Of a DNA stretch of 64,000 nt, positions 9,278-19,660 are shown in pieces (positions within the stretch are counted from its first letter, which is position 1; every line of letters begins with the position of its first letter). The notes below the pieces were generated by a model. It was not told the origin of the DNA and made no database searches. It saw only the letters and a list, made by a program, of their open reading frames with translations. Made by a program: the position numbers and the translations under genes. The stretch is from a virus (taxonomy: Duplodnaviria; Caudoviricetes), in the IMG/VR virus record IMGVR_UViG_3300028454_000499, positions 1 through 64,000 of that record; one strand, 5' to 3'.

Positions 9278-10658
9278 CCTCCCCACTCTCAAAATATTCA
9301 TAGGCATCAATTACATCGAGGAATACTCCGTCAAAATTTGCCCGAAGTATCAAATCGAGGTAGCTGTCATCCGTGCCGAACAAAACTTTTTTCCATTCAT
9401 CCGTCCAATATTTGACCTTGTAGTTCCCTTCCCAGAACGGATTAGGCTCGGCTATCCATTCGCAGTAAGATACTGCATCTTTCCACTTCATGTAATTGGG
9501 GTCCGTTGGGTCATCACTGCCTGGCTTGTAATTACTCCACTCCGGATTCCAGTAAGTGCGATATACCTCGGCTTCCCCCAAGGACATATAACAGCAAACC
9601 AATCGTCTTGCCCCGTTGGGCTTATACCGCAGCCGTTGAATTTCCTCTCGTGTCATAACCTCGCCAAACGCCACGAGGTCAATGATAATGCAGTCAAACC
9701 ACGTTTCGGAAAGTTTCGTCACATAATCAGCCTTGTCTTTGAACTGTGGGTCTTTATCGCTGTTTGGATTGAGCAGCAGCATGAAACTGTCCAAATCAGC
9801 AATCTTATAAACATCACGGGGCGTATGCGGAAGTTCGTAGGTCGGTATCTTTGTTAGTTCCCGGTCAGTAGCCACGCAATCCCCAAAACCTCTCCGCTTA
9901 CATTCTTCAAAACTGTGCTTGATTTTCTCCGGCGACCAGCAATAGTCAATTACCAGTGACCTCACTCCGACACTTTCAGCCGTAGCCATGTATTTGTAAA
10001 AGTCCTCGCGGTATTCTGCCGGCGTTTCTTCATCGTCTGCTGCATCCCAGTTTATGTCAGCACCATAATTAACGTCCTCAACCGTAACCGCATCCACAAC
10101 CTCACCCAGTTTTCTGGTATCATCTGCCGTCCAGCCGTGGTCTAAATCCTCGGTAAAAATAGCCACACCACCGTTATTGATAATCTGGAAGTCCGGATAA
10201 TTACGGGCAACGGTATACCTGCGAATATCCTCGATAAGTTCGCGCATAGCATGACGATAATTCTTGGGCGTTGGTGTCGAAGTAGTTTTCGGAACAATTA
10301 CAGGGCTTGCCACAAAAGCACTGCCTTTAGGTTTAGCCGTCTTATCCCATACAACCTCACAGTCCTGCGGTGCGCCCCAAGGAGCATACTTCGCCCACGT
10401 TTTTGCATCCTTCTTATCCATCGCAACCACAATACGTTTCAGCTTGGGACAATCCTTGAACGTATTTTTATCCATTATCGAAGTAACGCTGGGGACAAAT
10501 ACTTCTTCCAATTCGGGGAAATTCACCACCGAATACTCACCGGCTCCGCTCCATTCCTCGGTAAAGGGGAAAGACAGATATTTCAACGTTCCTGCCAGCA
10601 CATCGCGGTCAAACGGCGTTGCCTCCTTGTTGCTGCTCCATATCGTATTAAAAAACAT
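9261..10658 (-). CDS. LRR protein B1 fused to a GH114-like (endo-alpha-1,4-polygalactosaminidase) hydrolase
   Basis: N-term FPELEEVFVP..DCPKLKRI; C-term CYMSLGEAE.YR.YW, WEGNYKVKYW, FDGVFLDVIDAY. Confidence 0.75.
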   Translation of the reverse strand: MFFNTIWSSNKEATPFDRDVLAGTLKYLSFPFTEEWSGAGEYSVVNFPELEEVFVPSVTSIMDKNTFKDCPKLKRIVVAMDKKDAKTWAKYAPWGAPQDCEVVWDKTAKPKGSAFVASPVIVPKTTSTPTPKNYRHAMRELIEDIRRYTVARNYPDFQIINNGGVAIFTEDLDHGWTADDTRKLGEVVDAVTVEDVNYGADINWDAADDEETPAEYREDFYKYMATAESVGVRSLVIDYCWSPEKIKHSFEECKRRGFGDCVATDRELTKIPTYELPHTPRDVYKIADLDSFMLLLNPNSDKDPQFKDKADYVTKLSETWFDCIIIDLVAFGEVMTREEIQRLRYKPNGARRLVCCYMSLGEAEVYRTYWNPEWSNYKPGSDDPTDPNYMKWKDAVSYCEWIAEPNPFWEGNYKVKYWTDEWKKVLFGTDDSYLDLILRANFDGVFLDVIDAYEYFESGEDGKFA

Positions 10659-11308
10659 CAGCTATCACCATCCCATATCGCTTCCGGATTTCCTGTATTA
10701 CCACCGTACCAAGGTGGGTCAAACCAGTCTCCTTTATAGTCAAACCAGCCCATAGAGCCATCCTTTATCGTTCCATACTTACGATGAACTACCATAGAAC
10801 GCACAGCACAATCAAAAGCCCCATCGCCTATACTTTGTATGCTCTCGCCTATTTCCACGATAGCCCCGCCATCTTTTACATTCATTCCCGAAAAGGCATT
10901 TGCGCCGATTTTGCGTATGGAATCCGGCAGAATCACCGTATCGAGAACTGGCCCATCCATAAACGCGGCCTCACCAATTTCTTCCAATCCGTCCCCAAAG
11001 GTTATCTTGTTTAATTCCGCGCCGTAAAAAGCGTGGTGGTCAATTATCTTAACCCCGGCAGGAAGTACAACCTCTTTTACCGCACACTCGGAAAAGGCAT
11101 ACGGCGCAATATAGGTAAGTGTAGACGGCAGCTGCAAAACAAATTCCTCGCTCTCCGGCCAGAAATTGTAAAAGGCATATGACCTAATGCTCGTTACCCC
11201 TTCGGGAATGACATAGTAATCCAAATCCTTTGTGAAGTATTTACGAATATCTGTGCTGATGCGCAGGTTATTCTTCTTAGGAGGCGCAAATAGATTGCCA
11301 AAACTCAC
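10658..11308 (-). CDS. BspA-type LRR protein A1
   Basis: Several IP.GVTSI..YAF / LPDSIRKIGANAF repeats; GTGA overlap with fibre 1 stop. Confidence 0.85.
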   Translation of the reverse strand: MSFGNLFAPPKKNNLRISTDIRKYFTKDLDYYVIPEGVTSIRSYAFYNFWPESEEFVLQLPSTLTYIAPYAFSECAVKEVVLPAGVKIIDHHAFYGAELNKITFGDGLEEIGEAAFMDGPVLDTVILPDSIRKIGANAFSGMNVKDGGAIVEIGESIQSIGDGAFDCAVRSMVVHRKYGTIKDGSMGWFDYKGDWFDPPWYGGNTGNPEAIWDGDS

Positions 11309-12240
11309 AACAGCAAGAACCTCACATTCACCGATTGGTCGGGAGCATCGCCAAGGCACTTGATAATGAAATACCCCTTTCCCTGCTCACGGCAGACAAT
11401 ATGTGCATCCGCAATGAGATTATAGACGGTTTCACTCGTGCCAACTTCCGGTTCCATAATGATTTCCGTTTCAGCGGTCAGCAGATTATCTTCAATACGA
11501 TATTCCTTCTGACTGTCCCATTTCCCCGGCAGCAACGTCACTTTCAGCGATTTCTTCTGCATAAGCCCGGCATCTACCGTAATATCCTTTGAACCATCGA
11601 AATCAACACCGTTAATTTTCACAGGTGTACGGATTTTATCAGCCATATCAGAACGTTTGGCGTGTTCAACATTACCTGTAATATCGCCGTGAATCAGTCC
11701 CGACACATGAAATTCGCCACTATCATCCACCGATATTGAACCACTGGGCTTATTATCAATGCCACCATGAAAAGTAAGTATGCTGCCTATGTTACCAGTG
11801 GATATAGCTTCTTTTCTGCCGATTAGGGCTTCAATATTGGTAGCCGTTTGGTCAAGGGTAGCAATCAGCGTTTTCATTTCCCTAACTTTTTCCTGTGCTA
11901 AATCCACCGCACTTACGGTTTCGTCACGATAAGACTTCGCTTCATTCGCTGCATTTTGAGCCGTACTTGCATTTGACTTTACCTGCCCTGCTGCCTTATT
12001 CGCATCGGATAACGCCTTGTCAACCTGCGCGGCCAAAGCCTTTATATCGTCCAAATCCTTACGCGTAACTTCCTGCTGAAAGTTATCCAACATGGATTTT
12101 AACACCCGCAAATCCTCGGCAACAACGTCATATATCCCTGTATTATCCCCTGTAGTCAGAGGACTATCCTTAGATACCACACCTTCTGCAAGGATATTTC
12201 CTTTACTATCTCTTTGTTCTAATGCTTGAAATCCAGCCAT
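11305..12240 (-). CDS. Tail fibre 1
   Basis: N- and C-termini homologous to fibre 2; coiled coil; TPVKINGVDFDGSKDITV fibre motif. Confidence 0.75.
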   Translation of the reverse strand: MAGFQALEQRDSKGNILAEGVVSKDSPLTTGDNTGIYDVVAEDLRVLKSMLDNFQQEVTRKDLDDIKALAAQVDKALSDANKAAGQVKSNASTAQNAANEAKSYRDETVSAVDLAQEKVREMKTLIATLDQTATNIEALIGRKEAISTGNIGSILTFHGGIDNKPSGSISVDDSGEFHVSGLIHGDITGNVEHAKRSDMADKIRTPVKINGVDFDGSKDITVDAGLMQKKSLKVTLLPGKWDSQKEYRIEDNLLTAETEIIMEPEVGTSETVYNLIADAHIVCREQGKGYFIIKCLGDAPDQSVNVRFLLL

Positions 12241-12250
12241 AAAATCCCTC

Positions 12251-13780
12251 CTAAATCGTGCTTACAATGTGTGCTATGGAAAAGTCACAAGATATTCCTT
12301 CTGTTAGCACATAATTAGATGAACTATTTGCACCATAGTCTGTGACAATTTTCTTTACAGGTTTATCATAGCGATATTGGAATGACCTATAATCTTTTGT
12401 TGCTATTTTTTTGGGATATTCTCTGCAATCCTCATAAACCAAAAGAGGGAAATCGCCTGTTCCATCTGGGTTACAATATGTAGTATCAATACTAGATAAA
12501 GGGCTACCGTTAGCCTCATAATATTCAACCACTTTTCCTTCACTGGTTTTTATCTTTATCTCAACGTCATAAACCAGTGAGTATCCATTATCACTATGTT
12601 CCACATGATAAGCTACGTTCTCTAAAGTACCACTATATGTAAAAATACCAGCAAGAATAGCAATACCATCTTTTTTTACAGGGAATAATTCTACACCTTT
12701 ATCATCATAATACCTTGTTACTGTTGTGGTGGAAGAATCTGCTAAATCCCCAGTCCTTTTATCTATTTTTATTCCCACGGTGGAATCTTCATGGACTATA
12801 TGATTGAGATTTTCCAAACTTCCCTTTCCTTTTAATGTTTTTAGAAAAAGTCTATCCACGTTTTTTTTCATTTTTACACGAATCCCATTTTCTATATTCT
12901 TGAACTCATAGCCATAGGTGAAAACAACATCTTTTACTGCTTTTATCGTTGTCATAGCGGGCAGCCATATCGTCTGTGGGACCATTATTGAATCTGACGG
13001 CTCTATTGTTTGTTCCCATACATTTGATAAGCTGACACGGCATTTCTTGTAATCGTTAAATGGGCTGCCAACAAAGCAATCTTCAACGCCCCATCGGCAT
13101 ACGGAATCCTTCTCCGCAGGAATAATCGTTTCATAGCTTGGCCCACTTGGCAGTTTTCCTAACGGAGCAAATATATATCCATCGGTAACATCCCAGCTAT
13201 CATGGAATAAACCAAGAAAACCGCCTTTACCTTCTTCCTCGTGATGAACTCGATATACTCCCCACATCTTTGCACACAAACACATATATAGCGCAGGGAA
13301 ACCATCGGTTACATACAAACCATCCTCTTGCGGCGCATCTTTGATTGCCAGCATATTTTGCTTTGTTTGAACCGTAGAATAAAATGATTTCTTAAACGAA
13401 CCCAGATACCCTTGATTATTAAACACGACATTCCCATCAGCATCCCTTAATTCAATGCCTGCTCCATGCTCCATCGGTGGAAAGTATTTTCGTGACCACT
13501 TGAAGTATTTTATAGGGCTTTCTGAATCGGCGGTCACATATTGATACCGTTTACCATTCCACTTTGTAACCGGGCTGATATAAAGTGTTCCATTTCGTAT
13601 GGAATACGATATGGATTCAACGCCATCTTCTAATTCAAACCCATAAATTTCCCCTTCGTATGATACTGCGCTTACTTCTCCTTTTTCTACGATGTGCATA
13701 AGCCTTGTCGTATCGGAAAATAAAAAGACGTTATCCTTATTACGGACTTCTATGTAATTACTTGGAGTTGTACCAGCCAT
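12251..13780 (-). CDS. Tail-associated protein, 509 aa
   Basis: Position after tail tip; GIELRDADGNVVF motif; AT-rich DNA. Confidence 0.55.
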   Translation of the reverse strand: MAGTTPSNYIEVRNKDNVFLFSDTTRLMHIVEKGEVSAVSYEGEIYGFELEDGVESISYSIRNGTLYISPVTKWNGKRYQYVTADSESPIKYFKWSRKYFPPMEHGAGIELRDADGNVVFNNQGYLGSFKKSFYSTVQTKQNMLAIKDAPQEDGLYVTDGFPALYMCLCAKMWGVYRVHHEEEGKGGFLGLFHDSWDVTDGYIFAPLGKLPSGPSYETIIPAEKDSVCRWGVEDCFVGSPFNDYKKCRVSLSNVWEQTIEPSDSIMVPQTIWLPAMTTIKAVKDVVFTYGYEFKNIENGIRVKMKKNVDRLFLKTLKGKGSLENLNHIVHEDSTVGIKIDKRTGDLADSSTTTVTRYYDDKGVELFPVKKDGIAILAGIFTYSGTLENVAYHVEHSDNGYSLVYDVEIKIKTSEGKVVEYYEANGSPLSSIDTTYCNPDGTGDFPLLVYEDCREYPKKIATKDYRSFQYRYDKPVKKIVTDYGANSSSNYVLTEGISCDFSIAHIVSTI

Positions 13781-14135
13781 AAATAAATGTCACCTCATAT
13801 ACAGGGTCAGTCCCCTTTACTCCATCTTTGATTCCATGAAACCATCCTGTCAATAAATCTATATGCAATTTTTGGTATTTCCATTTTATCTGATTACCTG
13901 CGACACTAAGTTTTGACGGAAACATATACATATTATTCGTTCCTGCCGCGACCAGCTTTATATCCACAGGAATAATCGCTATATCTTTACCAATGATTCT
14001 ATCATCTTGAATAAATGTTTGCGCCGAATCAGAACGTGTGGTAAAACTTCCCAAAACCTTAAAAGGGCGAGTATGGTCTAAAACCATATTCACCCCAAAT
14101 TCATTCTTAAACTTAAAACCGGCTTTCATTACCAT
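13758..14135 (-). CDS. Small tail-tip associated protein
   Basis: AGFKFKNEFG N-terminus typical of proteins following gpJ-like genes. Confidence 0.5.
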   Translation of the reverse strand: MVMKAGFKFKNEFGVNMVLDHTRPFKVLGSFTTRSDSAQTFIQDDRIIGKDIAIIPVDIKLVAAGTNNMYMFPSKLSVAGNQIKWKYQKLHIDLLTGWFHGIKDGVKGTDPVYEVTFIYGWYNSK

Positions 14136-17100
14136 ACCCCCAGTTTTACTCTTAGCACATTATTTTCATCGTACACCTTTATGAGATTATCACTGATTTC
14201 AACTCGTGCGCCACTGTCCTTGGTACGCAAAAGCCCTATCTTTGCGGATAACGCAGATAGTTCCTTGACATTAACTTGATTAGCAGAGATTGACCCTGCT
14301 GCCAATTTATCAGCCGTGATACTACCTGCTTTTATCATGCTTTCCGTGATAATATCATCGTCAAACTTGGTCTTGCCGGTGACATGGAGATACTTGCCAT
14401 CAATGACCGTACCATTGGAAGTCATGTTTATCTGGTTGATTACATCGCCCTTTGCCACACGCGCATTTATGCCATCTACCAACTGGGTAATGCTTGAATA
14501 ACCGCTTTTGGCAGGGTCAATGTTCAAATCCGTGATAATCTGCTGAATCTTATCGGCGTTAAGTTTTACATCCGAGGCCAGACCTTTGCGGCTGTCAGCA
14601 ATCTTAAAGTCAATCTCATTTGCAACCTGTGTAATCTGACTGGCGGTTTTCGCTTGGGCATCCTGTACCTTGGCAATGATTTCCTTATCGGATTTTTGCA
14701 ATTCAGCCAGACTTATATCGACATCTGCTAACTTCTTACCCGTATCTTTGAGGTCTGCCACGGCTGACTTAGCTATATCATCGAATTTATCCATGGATAC
14801 CGAACCGTCTTTAATCCATGCAGGGTCAAAGGTTGGCTCGATAACAGCACTGAAAATCTGTGACATTTCCCCTTCGCCCAAGCGGTCATAGTAGCAAGCC
14901 TTTACATCATAAATCCCCGGCTTCTCCATCAGATTCAGCACTGGATTTTCCTGTCGGAACGACTTGGAATAACTCGTGCCGGTGACATAGAAAACAATCC
15001 CGCTTGCTCCATAGGGAAGCGGTGGTGCTACTATGCTTACGCCACGGGGAATCTTATTTACCGTGATTTCCGTTGGTGCTTTCGGCGCAGGATATTTGTA
15101 TGACACTACTGCCGGATAACTTGCTTTCTTGTATGCGTTAATGGCATAGACATAAACCTTGCCGGTTCGGGAGGTCAGCGATACAGATAAAGACCTGTCC
15201 GTTGTTCGCCCCAGAAGCCCATCCGTTTCGCCAATCTTTGTATTTTTCCGTACCTCATAGTACACCACATCACTATCAGCCACATCATCCCAAGCAAACA
15301 GGAATTTTTCACTGAAATCATAGTGAAGATTCTGTGGGCAGGCCGGCACCGTGCTTTTCGGCGTGACCACGCACACACAATGCGGTGCATTGGCTTCTGA
15401 CGAGAGCAGCCCTTCATCCGACTTCGCCTGTACACGGAACTCATATTCATCACCGATATGCACATTCGGTATCACAAGCGTTCCCTGCGATTCCCCAGCG
15501 GATTTCCACGGTGACAGGAAGCCGAGTTTATCCAGTGCTACCCCCGTGGGGATTTCCTGTACATCACTGGCTATGGCATTATTCGTCCGATAGGACACCA
15601 CGGCAGTATTTACATCGTACCGCTTGGGTAGCTTAAATTTCACCACAATATCATAGGCAGTGCTGCCGTCCATCCGTGTCCGATACCGTGTAACTGCGGA
15701 AAGACCACTTACCTGCCCCGGTCTGCGCCGTTCAGTCGATGTATTTTCATTGGCCGGAATATAGTTATACCAACTGATGCCACCGCCTAAATCATCGTTA
15801 TACAAATCCGGATTATACTGGCGGCCAGATATGGTAAACTTATGTTCCTCCGTTTCCCGAATCTCGGCAATACGGATAGGCAAATCTTTGAACACATCAT
15901 GGTAACTAACCGTCACCACATCGCCCGGCTCTAAGTGCATTGCCTGGTAACCCGTGGTAAAACTGATTTGCAATGGACAGGCAAGGTTATAATCACGATA
16001 GAACCGCGCCAGCCGCAGGGCTTGATTCTGCGAAGTCACACCGTTTAACTGTACTTCCTTCGTAACCACTTTTCCCCGTTCCTTCTGGTCGGAAAAATCC
16101 TCGCATAAGCAGGAAACCGATTGCCAGTTATTCCGTGGGTCGATGATTTTCACCGCATACTTATTCGGCGTTTCCGAGAGTTTCAGCGGTGCTACAGACA
16201 AATCAGAGCAGTTATTATCCGTGAACCTGTATGATACCGGCTCCTGTTTTTCAATTTTCAGCTTGAATTTACCATGGGTAATGGTGAGATAAGCACAGAA
16301 GTTCGCAAGAATTTCCTGCAACCAGTTAATCGCCGAATTGCTCTGGTCGATTATCATGTTGAGTTCATAGCGTTTGGCCCTTACCACTACATTATCTGCA
16401 TTGTGAAACTCGATGATTTCATCGCAGTAATCCGCCGCCTCACGCCATGAATCCTCGTCCAAATCCTCTGCCGTTACCCATTTGCCCAGACCATACCGCT
16501 TGGACAGCATAAAATCCCGCAGACAAAGTGCGGGATTCGTGGAATACACCGTCTTACCGGTGCGAATATCATATACTTTCTTACCGCGGATAATCGCCGA
16601 AACATTGGGATTGCCATTGAGTTCAGCCGAGGTATTGAAGTGCATATCCAGCCATGCAAGCTGCGGATAACCACCAACCTCATTGTAATTATCCGGTGCC
16701 TCACAATCATGGAAGGTGTACTTCGTACCGCCTGTTACCGTATCTGCGGTCAGCTTCAGCGGATTATTATAGCAATTTCCCGCCGTTGGCAGTTTCAAAT
16801 CGCCCGGATATTTTGTGGTTGTTGCCGTAGGAAATGCCTCCCAGCCATCGCCCATCCGATTGATATAAGCAATGAGCGAGGATATATTCATCTGCCACTC
16901 ATAGAACGAACCACTGCTGTTTGCATCGTCCTTATTGCAAAGATACACTGAATGATTTACCCCATTAGCCGACAGTGCCAACGTCTTATTCGTAAGTGAA
17001 ACGGCTGCATCCGTATACTTCCTGTTCTGAATGGTGAAAACTGCTCCAGACTGCTGTCCTTCCGTGGGGATTAACAGGTCATTGGCACAGACACTTTCAA

Positions 17101-17572
17101 TGCCATCAATGCCACCTTCGCAGAGAACAACGTGCTTATGCAGCTGATTCGCTTCGCTGTTCGTCTTATGGTAGGTCTGATTGCCGGTTACCTTGCGATA
17201 ACCGTACACCACAGGGATAAGTCCATCCGATGACATAGTTTCCTGCGCCCGGTCAAAGCGTTGTACATCGGGAGACCCCATCGAACCCATGTCCATCTTC
17301 GGCTGATTAAATGCCGTCCACACCGTAGATGCAATGGCCGCACCCATGACCGCCGCACCGAAATGAGCCGTGGCAGACAGACCAAACATAGCCGGATTAA
17401 ACCAGCCAAACGCAGCCAAGCCAAAGGACAACAGCATTTTCCCTACGCCTTTACCACCACTGCTATGACCGAACAACTGCAAATCTATCTGAAAATCATC
17501 CGCTACAAAAGGCTTCAACAGCTCTCTGTCATGTGCCCTGTCCGAAAGAACATTTCTCGCATTAAAATCCAC
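14129..17572 (-). CDS. Tail tip / host-specificity protein (gpJ-like, FN3 domains)
   Basis: IPVVYG, LCEGGIDGIES, NPALCLRDF, YEFRVQA, VEISDNLIKVYDENNVLRVKLGVW. Confidence 0.85.
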   Translation of the reverse strand: MDFNARNVLSDRAHDRELLKPFVADDFQIDLQLFGHSSGGKGVGKMLLSFGLAAFGWFNPAMFGLSATAHFGAAVMGAAIASTVWTAFNQPKMDMGSMGSPDVQRFDRAQETMSSDGLIPVVYGYRKVTGNQTYHKTNSEANQLHKHVVLCEGGIDGIESVCANDLLIPTEGQQSGAVFTIQNRKYTDAAVSLTNKTLALSANGVNHSVYLCNKDDANSSGSFYEWQMNISSLIAYINRMGDGWEAFPTATTTKYPGDLKLPTAGNCYNNPLKLTADTVTGGTKYTFHDCEAPDNYNEVGGYPQLAWLDMHFNTSAELNGNPNVSAIIRGKKVYDIRTGKTVYSTNPALCLRDFMLSKRYGLGKWVTAEDLDEDSWREAADYCDEIIEFHNADNVVVRAKRYELNMIIDQSNSAINWLQEILANFCAYLTITHGKFKLKIEKQEPVSYRFTDNNCSDLSVAPLKLSETPNKYAVKIIDPRNNWQSVSCLCEDFSDQKERGKVVTKEVQLNGVTSQNQALRLARFYRDYNLACPLQISFTTGYQAMHLEPGDVVTVSYHDVFKDLPIRIAEIRETEEHKFTISGRQYNPDLYNDDLGGGISWYNYIPANENTSTERRRPGQVSGLSAVTRYRTRMDGSTAYDIVVKFKLPKRYDVNTAVVSYRTNNAIASDVQEIPTGVALDKLGFLSPWKSAGESQGTLVIPNVHIGDEYEFRVQAKSDEGLLSSEANAPHCVCVVTPKSTVPACPQNLHYDFSEKFLFAWDDVADSDVVYYEVRKNTKIGETDGLLGRTTDRSLSVSLTSRTGKVYVYAINAYKKASYPAVVSYKYPAPKAPTEITVNKIPRGVSIVAPPLPYGASGIVFYVTGTSYSKSFRQENPVLNLMEKPGIYDVKACYYDRLGEGEMSQIFSAVIEPTFDPAWIKDGSVSMDKFDDIAKSAVADLKDTGKKLADVDISLAELQKSDKEIIAKVQDAQAKTASQITQVANEIDFKIADSRKGLASDVKLNADKIQQIITDLNIDPAKSGYSSITQLVDGINARVAKGDVINQINMTSNGTVIDGKYLHVTGKTKFDDDIITESMIKAGSITADKLAAGSISANQVNVKELSALSAKIGLLRTKDSGARVEISDNLIKVYDENNVLRVKLGVW

Positions 17573-17583
17573 GCTCTCACCTC

Positions 17584-18378
17584 TTATCTGTATACGGATT
17601 CAAAGGGTATTGCCGGGAATCCACTGTAATGCTTCATATTCCCATACGCCTTGCACCGTTCAACCGTCTTATTGCAGCCACGAACTAAAGCCGCTGACTT
17701 TCCCACCGTTTCATGGGCAAAGCCCACATTTACCGTCACCGTATTGCCACTGGAGGACGAAACCACCCGTGATTCCCCTTCCACGCTGATAACGCCGTCT
17801 TTCCAGTAATCCTTATCGTGACTTACGCTTAATGTCAGCGTATTACCGTTTCGCCCTGTCACCGCCACATCTTCACGCGCAAGGCTCATACCACATTCAC
17901 TGTCCCCGAACTCACTGTTACACGCAAGGCGATAATTGCGGTTAGGACAGTTTATCTCCGGCATCCGCGCATTGATTTTCGCCGAAAGCATCCCGTTACT
18001 GAATGACGGTTCATCAATGAAACCACTGAATACCAACTGCACCGCATTGGCATTTTTTAGGCTGTCCGGATATTGAATCCGCAGAATAGTAGCCGTGCAT
18101 CCACGGAAGTCAAAACCGTTCATCACGAATTGCAGCATTTCATAAGAGCAGTCAGCCAAGGAAATTTCCACAGCATCATTGATGGTATCAAGGTTTCGCC
18201 CTATATCCCCGCGCTGCACCGGCACCGCCAAGTACGTTTCACCGGCAAAGGTGATGTTTTCATCACAGGCCGCCAGTCTTGTAACCCCCGTCCGCAGATT
18301 CAGAATGTACAGTTCAATGAAAAACGGATTATTGCTCTCCTTGGCTTTTGCCATGCACACCGGTAGAACAATACTCAT
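17584..18378 (-). CDS. Baseplate hub / gpL-like (BR0599-type) protein
   Basis: Cys pattern C.NSEFGDSEC and GCNKTVERC...HYSGFPAIP. Confidence 0.75.
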   Translation of the reverse strand: MSIVLPVCMAKAKESNNPFFIELYILNLRTGVTRLAACDENITFAGETYLAVPVQRGDIGRNLDTINDAVEISLADCSYEMLQFVMNGFDFRGCTATILRIQYPDSLKNANAVQLVFSGFIDEPSFSNGMLSAKINARMPEINCPNRNYRLACNSEFGDSECGMSLAREDVAVTGRNGNTLTLSVSHDKDYWKDGVISVEGESRVVSSSSGNTVTVNVGFAHETVGKSAALVRGCNKTVERCKAYGNMKHYSGFPAIPFESVYR

Positions 18379-18788
18379 GCTTTCCTCCGGAAACCGCACT
18401 TAAAGCAGTTTTTCCACATCGGACGATGATAAATCGTAGATTCGCTTTCGCCCTCCACCGTAGGAACTTCCATTGCCAGCATTTTGCCATACTCCAGATA
18501 TATTCCCATGTGTATGCAGCCGTTTATCTTAAAGACCACCACATCGCCAAATTTGAGATTTTTCATATCCACCTTGGTAAAATTCCAAAGCAGATATTCG
18601 TACAATCTGCGCCAAAATCGTGGCCTTGCATACTCATACTCTTTCGGATACGGCTTTCCATCATCGAATGTCTGTGGCCAGCCATGCTCCTTATAGAAAA
18701 GCTGAACCAGACCAAAGCAATCACATTTATCAAAATCATTCCCGGCATAACCATGTTTTATACCGATGAATTTACTTATATTTTCCAT
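18375..18788 (-). CDS. NlpC/P60 tail assembly peptidase (gpK-like)
   Basis: CDCFGLV...FGDVVVF...HMGIYL. Confidence 0.8.
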   Translation of the reverse strand: MENISKFIGIKHGYAGNDFDKCDCFGLVQLFYKEHGWPQTFDDGKPYPKEYEYARPRFWRRLYEYLLWNFTKVDMKNLKFGDVVVFKINGCIHMGIYLEYGKMLAMEVPTVEGESESTIYHRPMWKNCFKCGFRRKA

Positions 18789-19471
18789 CAGACAACCTCC
18801 AATTCCATCTGACATTCATAGCCAATGATAGTTTTTAATTCGCGCTTGTCCTTTATCTCCAATTTATCGGGGAATACCACCTTTAGCACCTCGCCATTAT
18901 AACGGAAGGTCAGCGGTACCCGGCAATGAGCATTGAACAAGCGTATCAGCTTGTCGCGCTCTGGTTTCAGCCCCGACCACTTCCCCGTAATCATCCGAAC
19001 AGGTTTCGTCTGCCTTGCCCTGCGCTCCGTGCGCTGTCCTGCGGTCACAAGCTGGGTATGCCAGTCGAATACCTGGTCCGTTTCACCGTATGGCGCAGGT
19101 AGTTCATCCGTTTCAAGCGCAGCAGGATAAGCCGTTACCTGCCGGTCAACCTCCAACGCCACCTCACAGGAATACGCCTTAATAACGCCGTTCTCACGCT
19201 TGCACCGTGGATTTATCGCCTGTGCGAAATAGCAGACCTCGGTCACCCCATCATAGGTAAAATAAAAAGGCTCTAAGAGCCCCTTGTGTCTGTCATAAAA
19301 TTTAACCAGGTCCGCAAGCTGCAATCCACTTACCGTAAAACTATAGGTTTTCTTCGCATGAATCCTGCGGCGGTAATACTGCTTCGTATAATTTTCCGAT
19401 GCCATTGCCTTGGAATCCCATTGATAGCCAATGGTCACATCACCGTATGGCGTAAACTTGAAAACTTCCAT
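18788..19471 (-). CDS. Distal tail protein (DUF2460/gpM-like, two internal repeats)
   Basis: First gene of the tail-tip block; two copies of L..(F/L)(Y/F)..H.G/C...PF/L.F.Y.G. Confidence 0.65.
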   Translation of the reverse strand: MEVFKFTPYGDVTIGYQWDSKAMASENYTKQYYRRRIHAKKTYSFTVSGLQLADLVKFYDRHKGLLEPFYFTYDGVTEVCYFAQAINPRCKRENGVIKAYSCEVALEVDRQVTAYPAALETDELPAPYGETDQVFDWHTQLVTAGQRTERRARQTKPVRMITGKWSGLKPERDKLIRLFNAHCRVPLTFRYNGEVLKVVFPDKLEIKDKRELKTIIGYECQMELEVV

Positions 19472-19623
19472 GTACATACCTCCGTTTCTTCGTTGTTTAC
19501 TAATAGATAGCCCTTGCCCCCTACCCCATAGCTTCCTCACAATTTCCCAGAAAAGAAACCATGTATACTATGGAGCACATGGCAAAGAAAAGAAATCAGA
19601 GCATAGGGACTTGCACCCTACAC

Positions 19624-19660
19624 CCTTAATAAAAAAAAGCAGGGTTTTCGCAACCCTGTT
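19624..19660 (-). promoter_or_regulatory. GGGTTGCGAAAA-N14-ATTA motif, candidate late promoter; also folds as a terminator hairpin
   Basis: Matches the motif at 42870-42908; CAGGGTT/AACCCTG stem plus T8. Confidence 0.45.

Noticed and set aside
6398-11308. Diversity-generating retroelement (TR/VR) among the LRR genes
   Set aside because: Paralogs differ at all base types with indels, not only at adenines; no reverse transcriptase in the window
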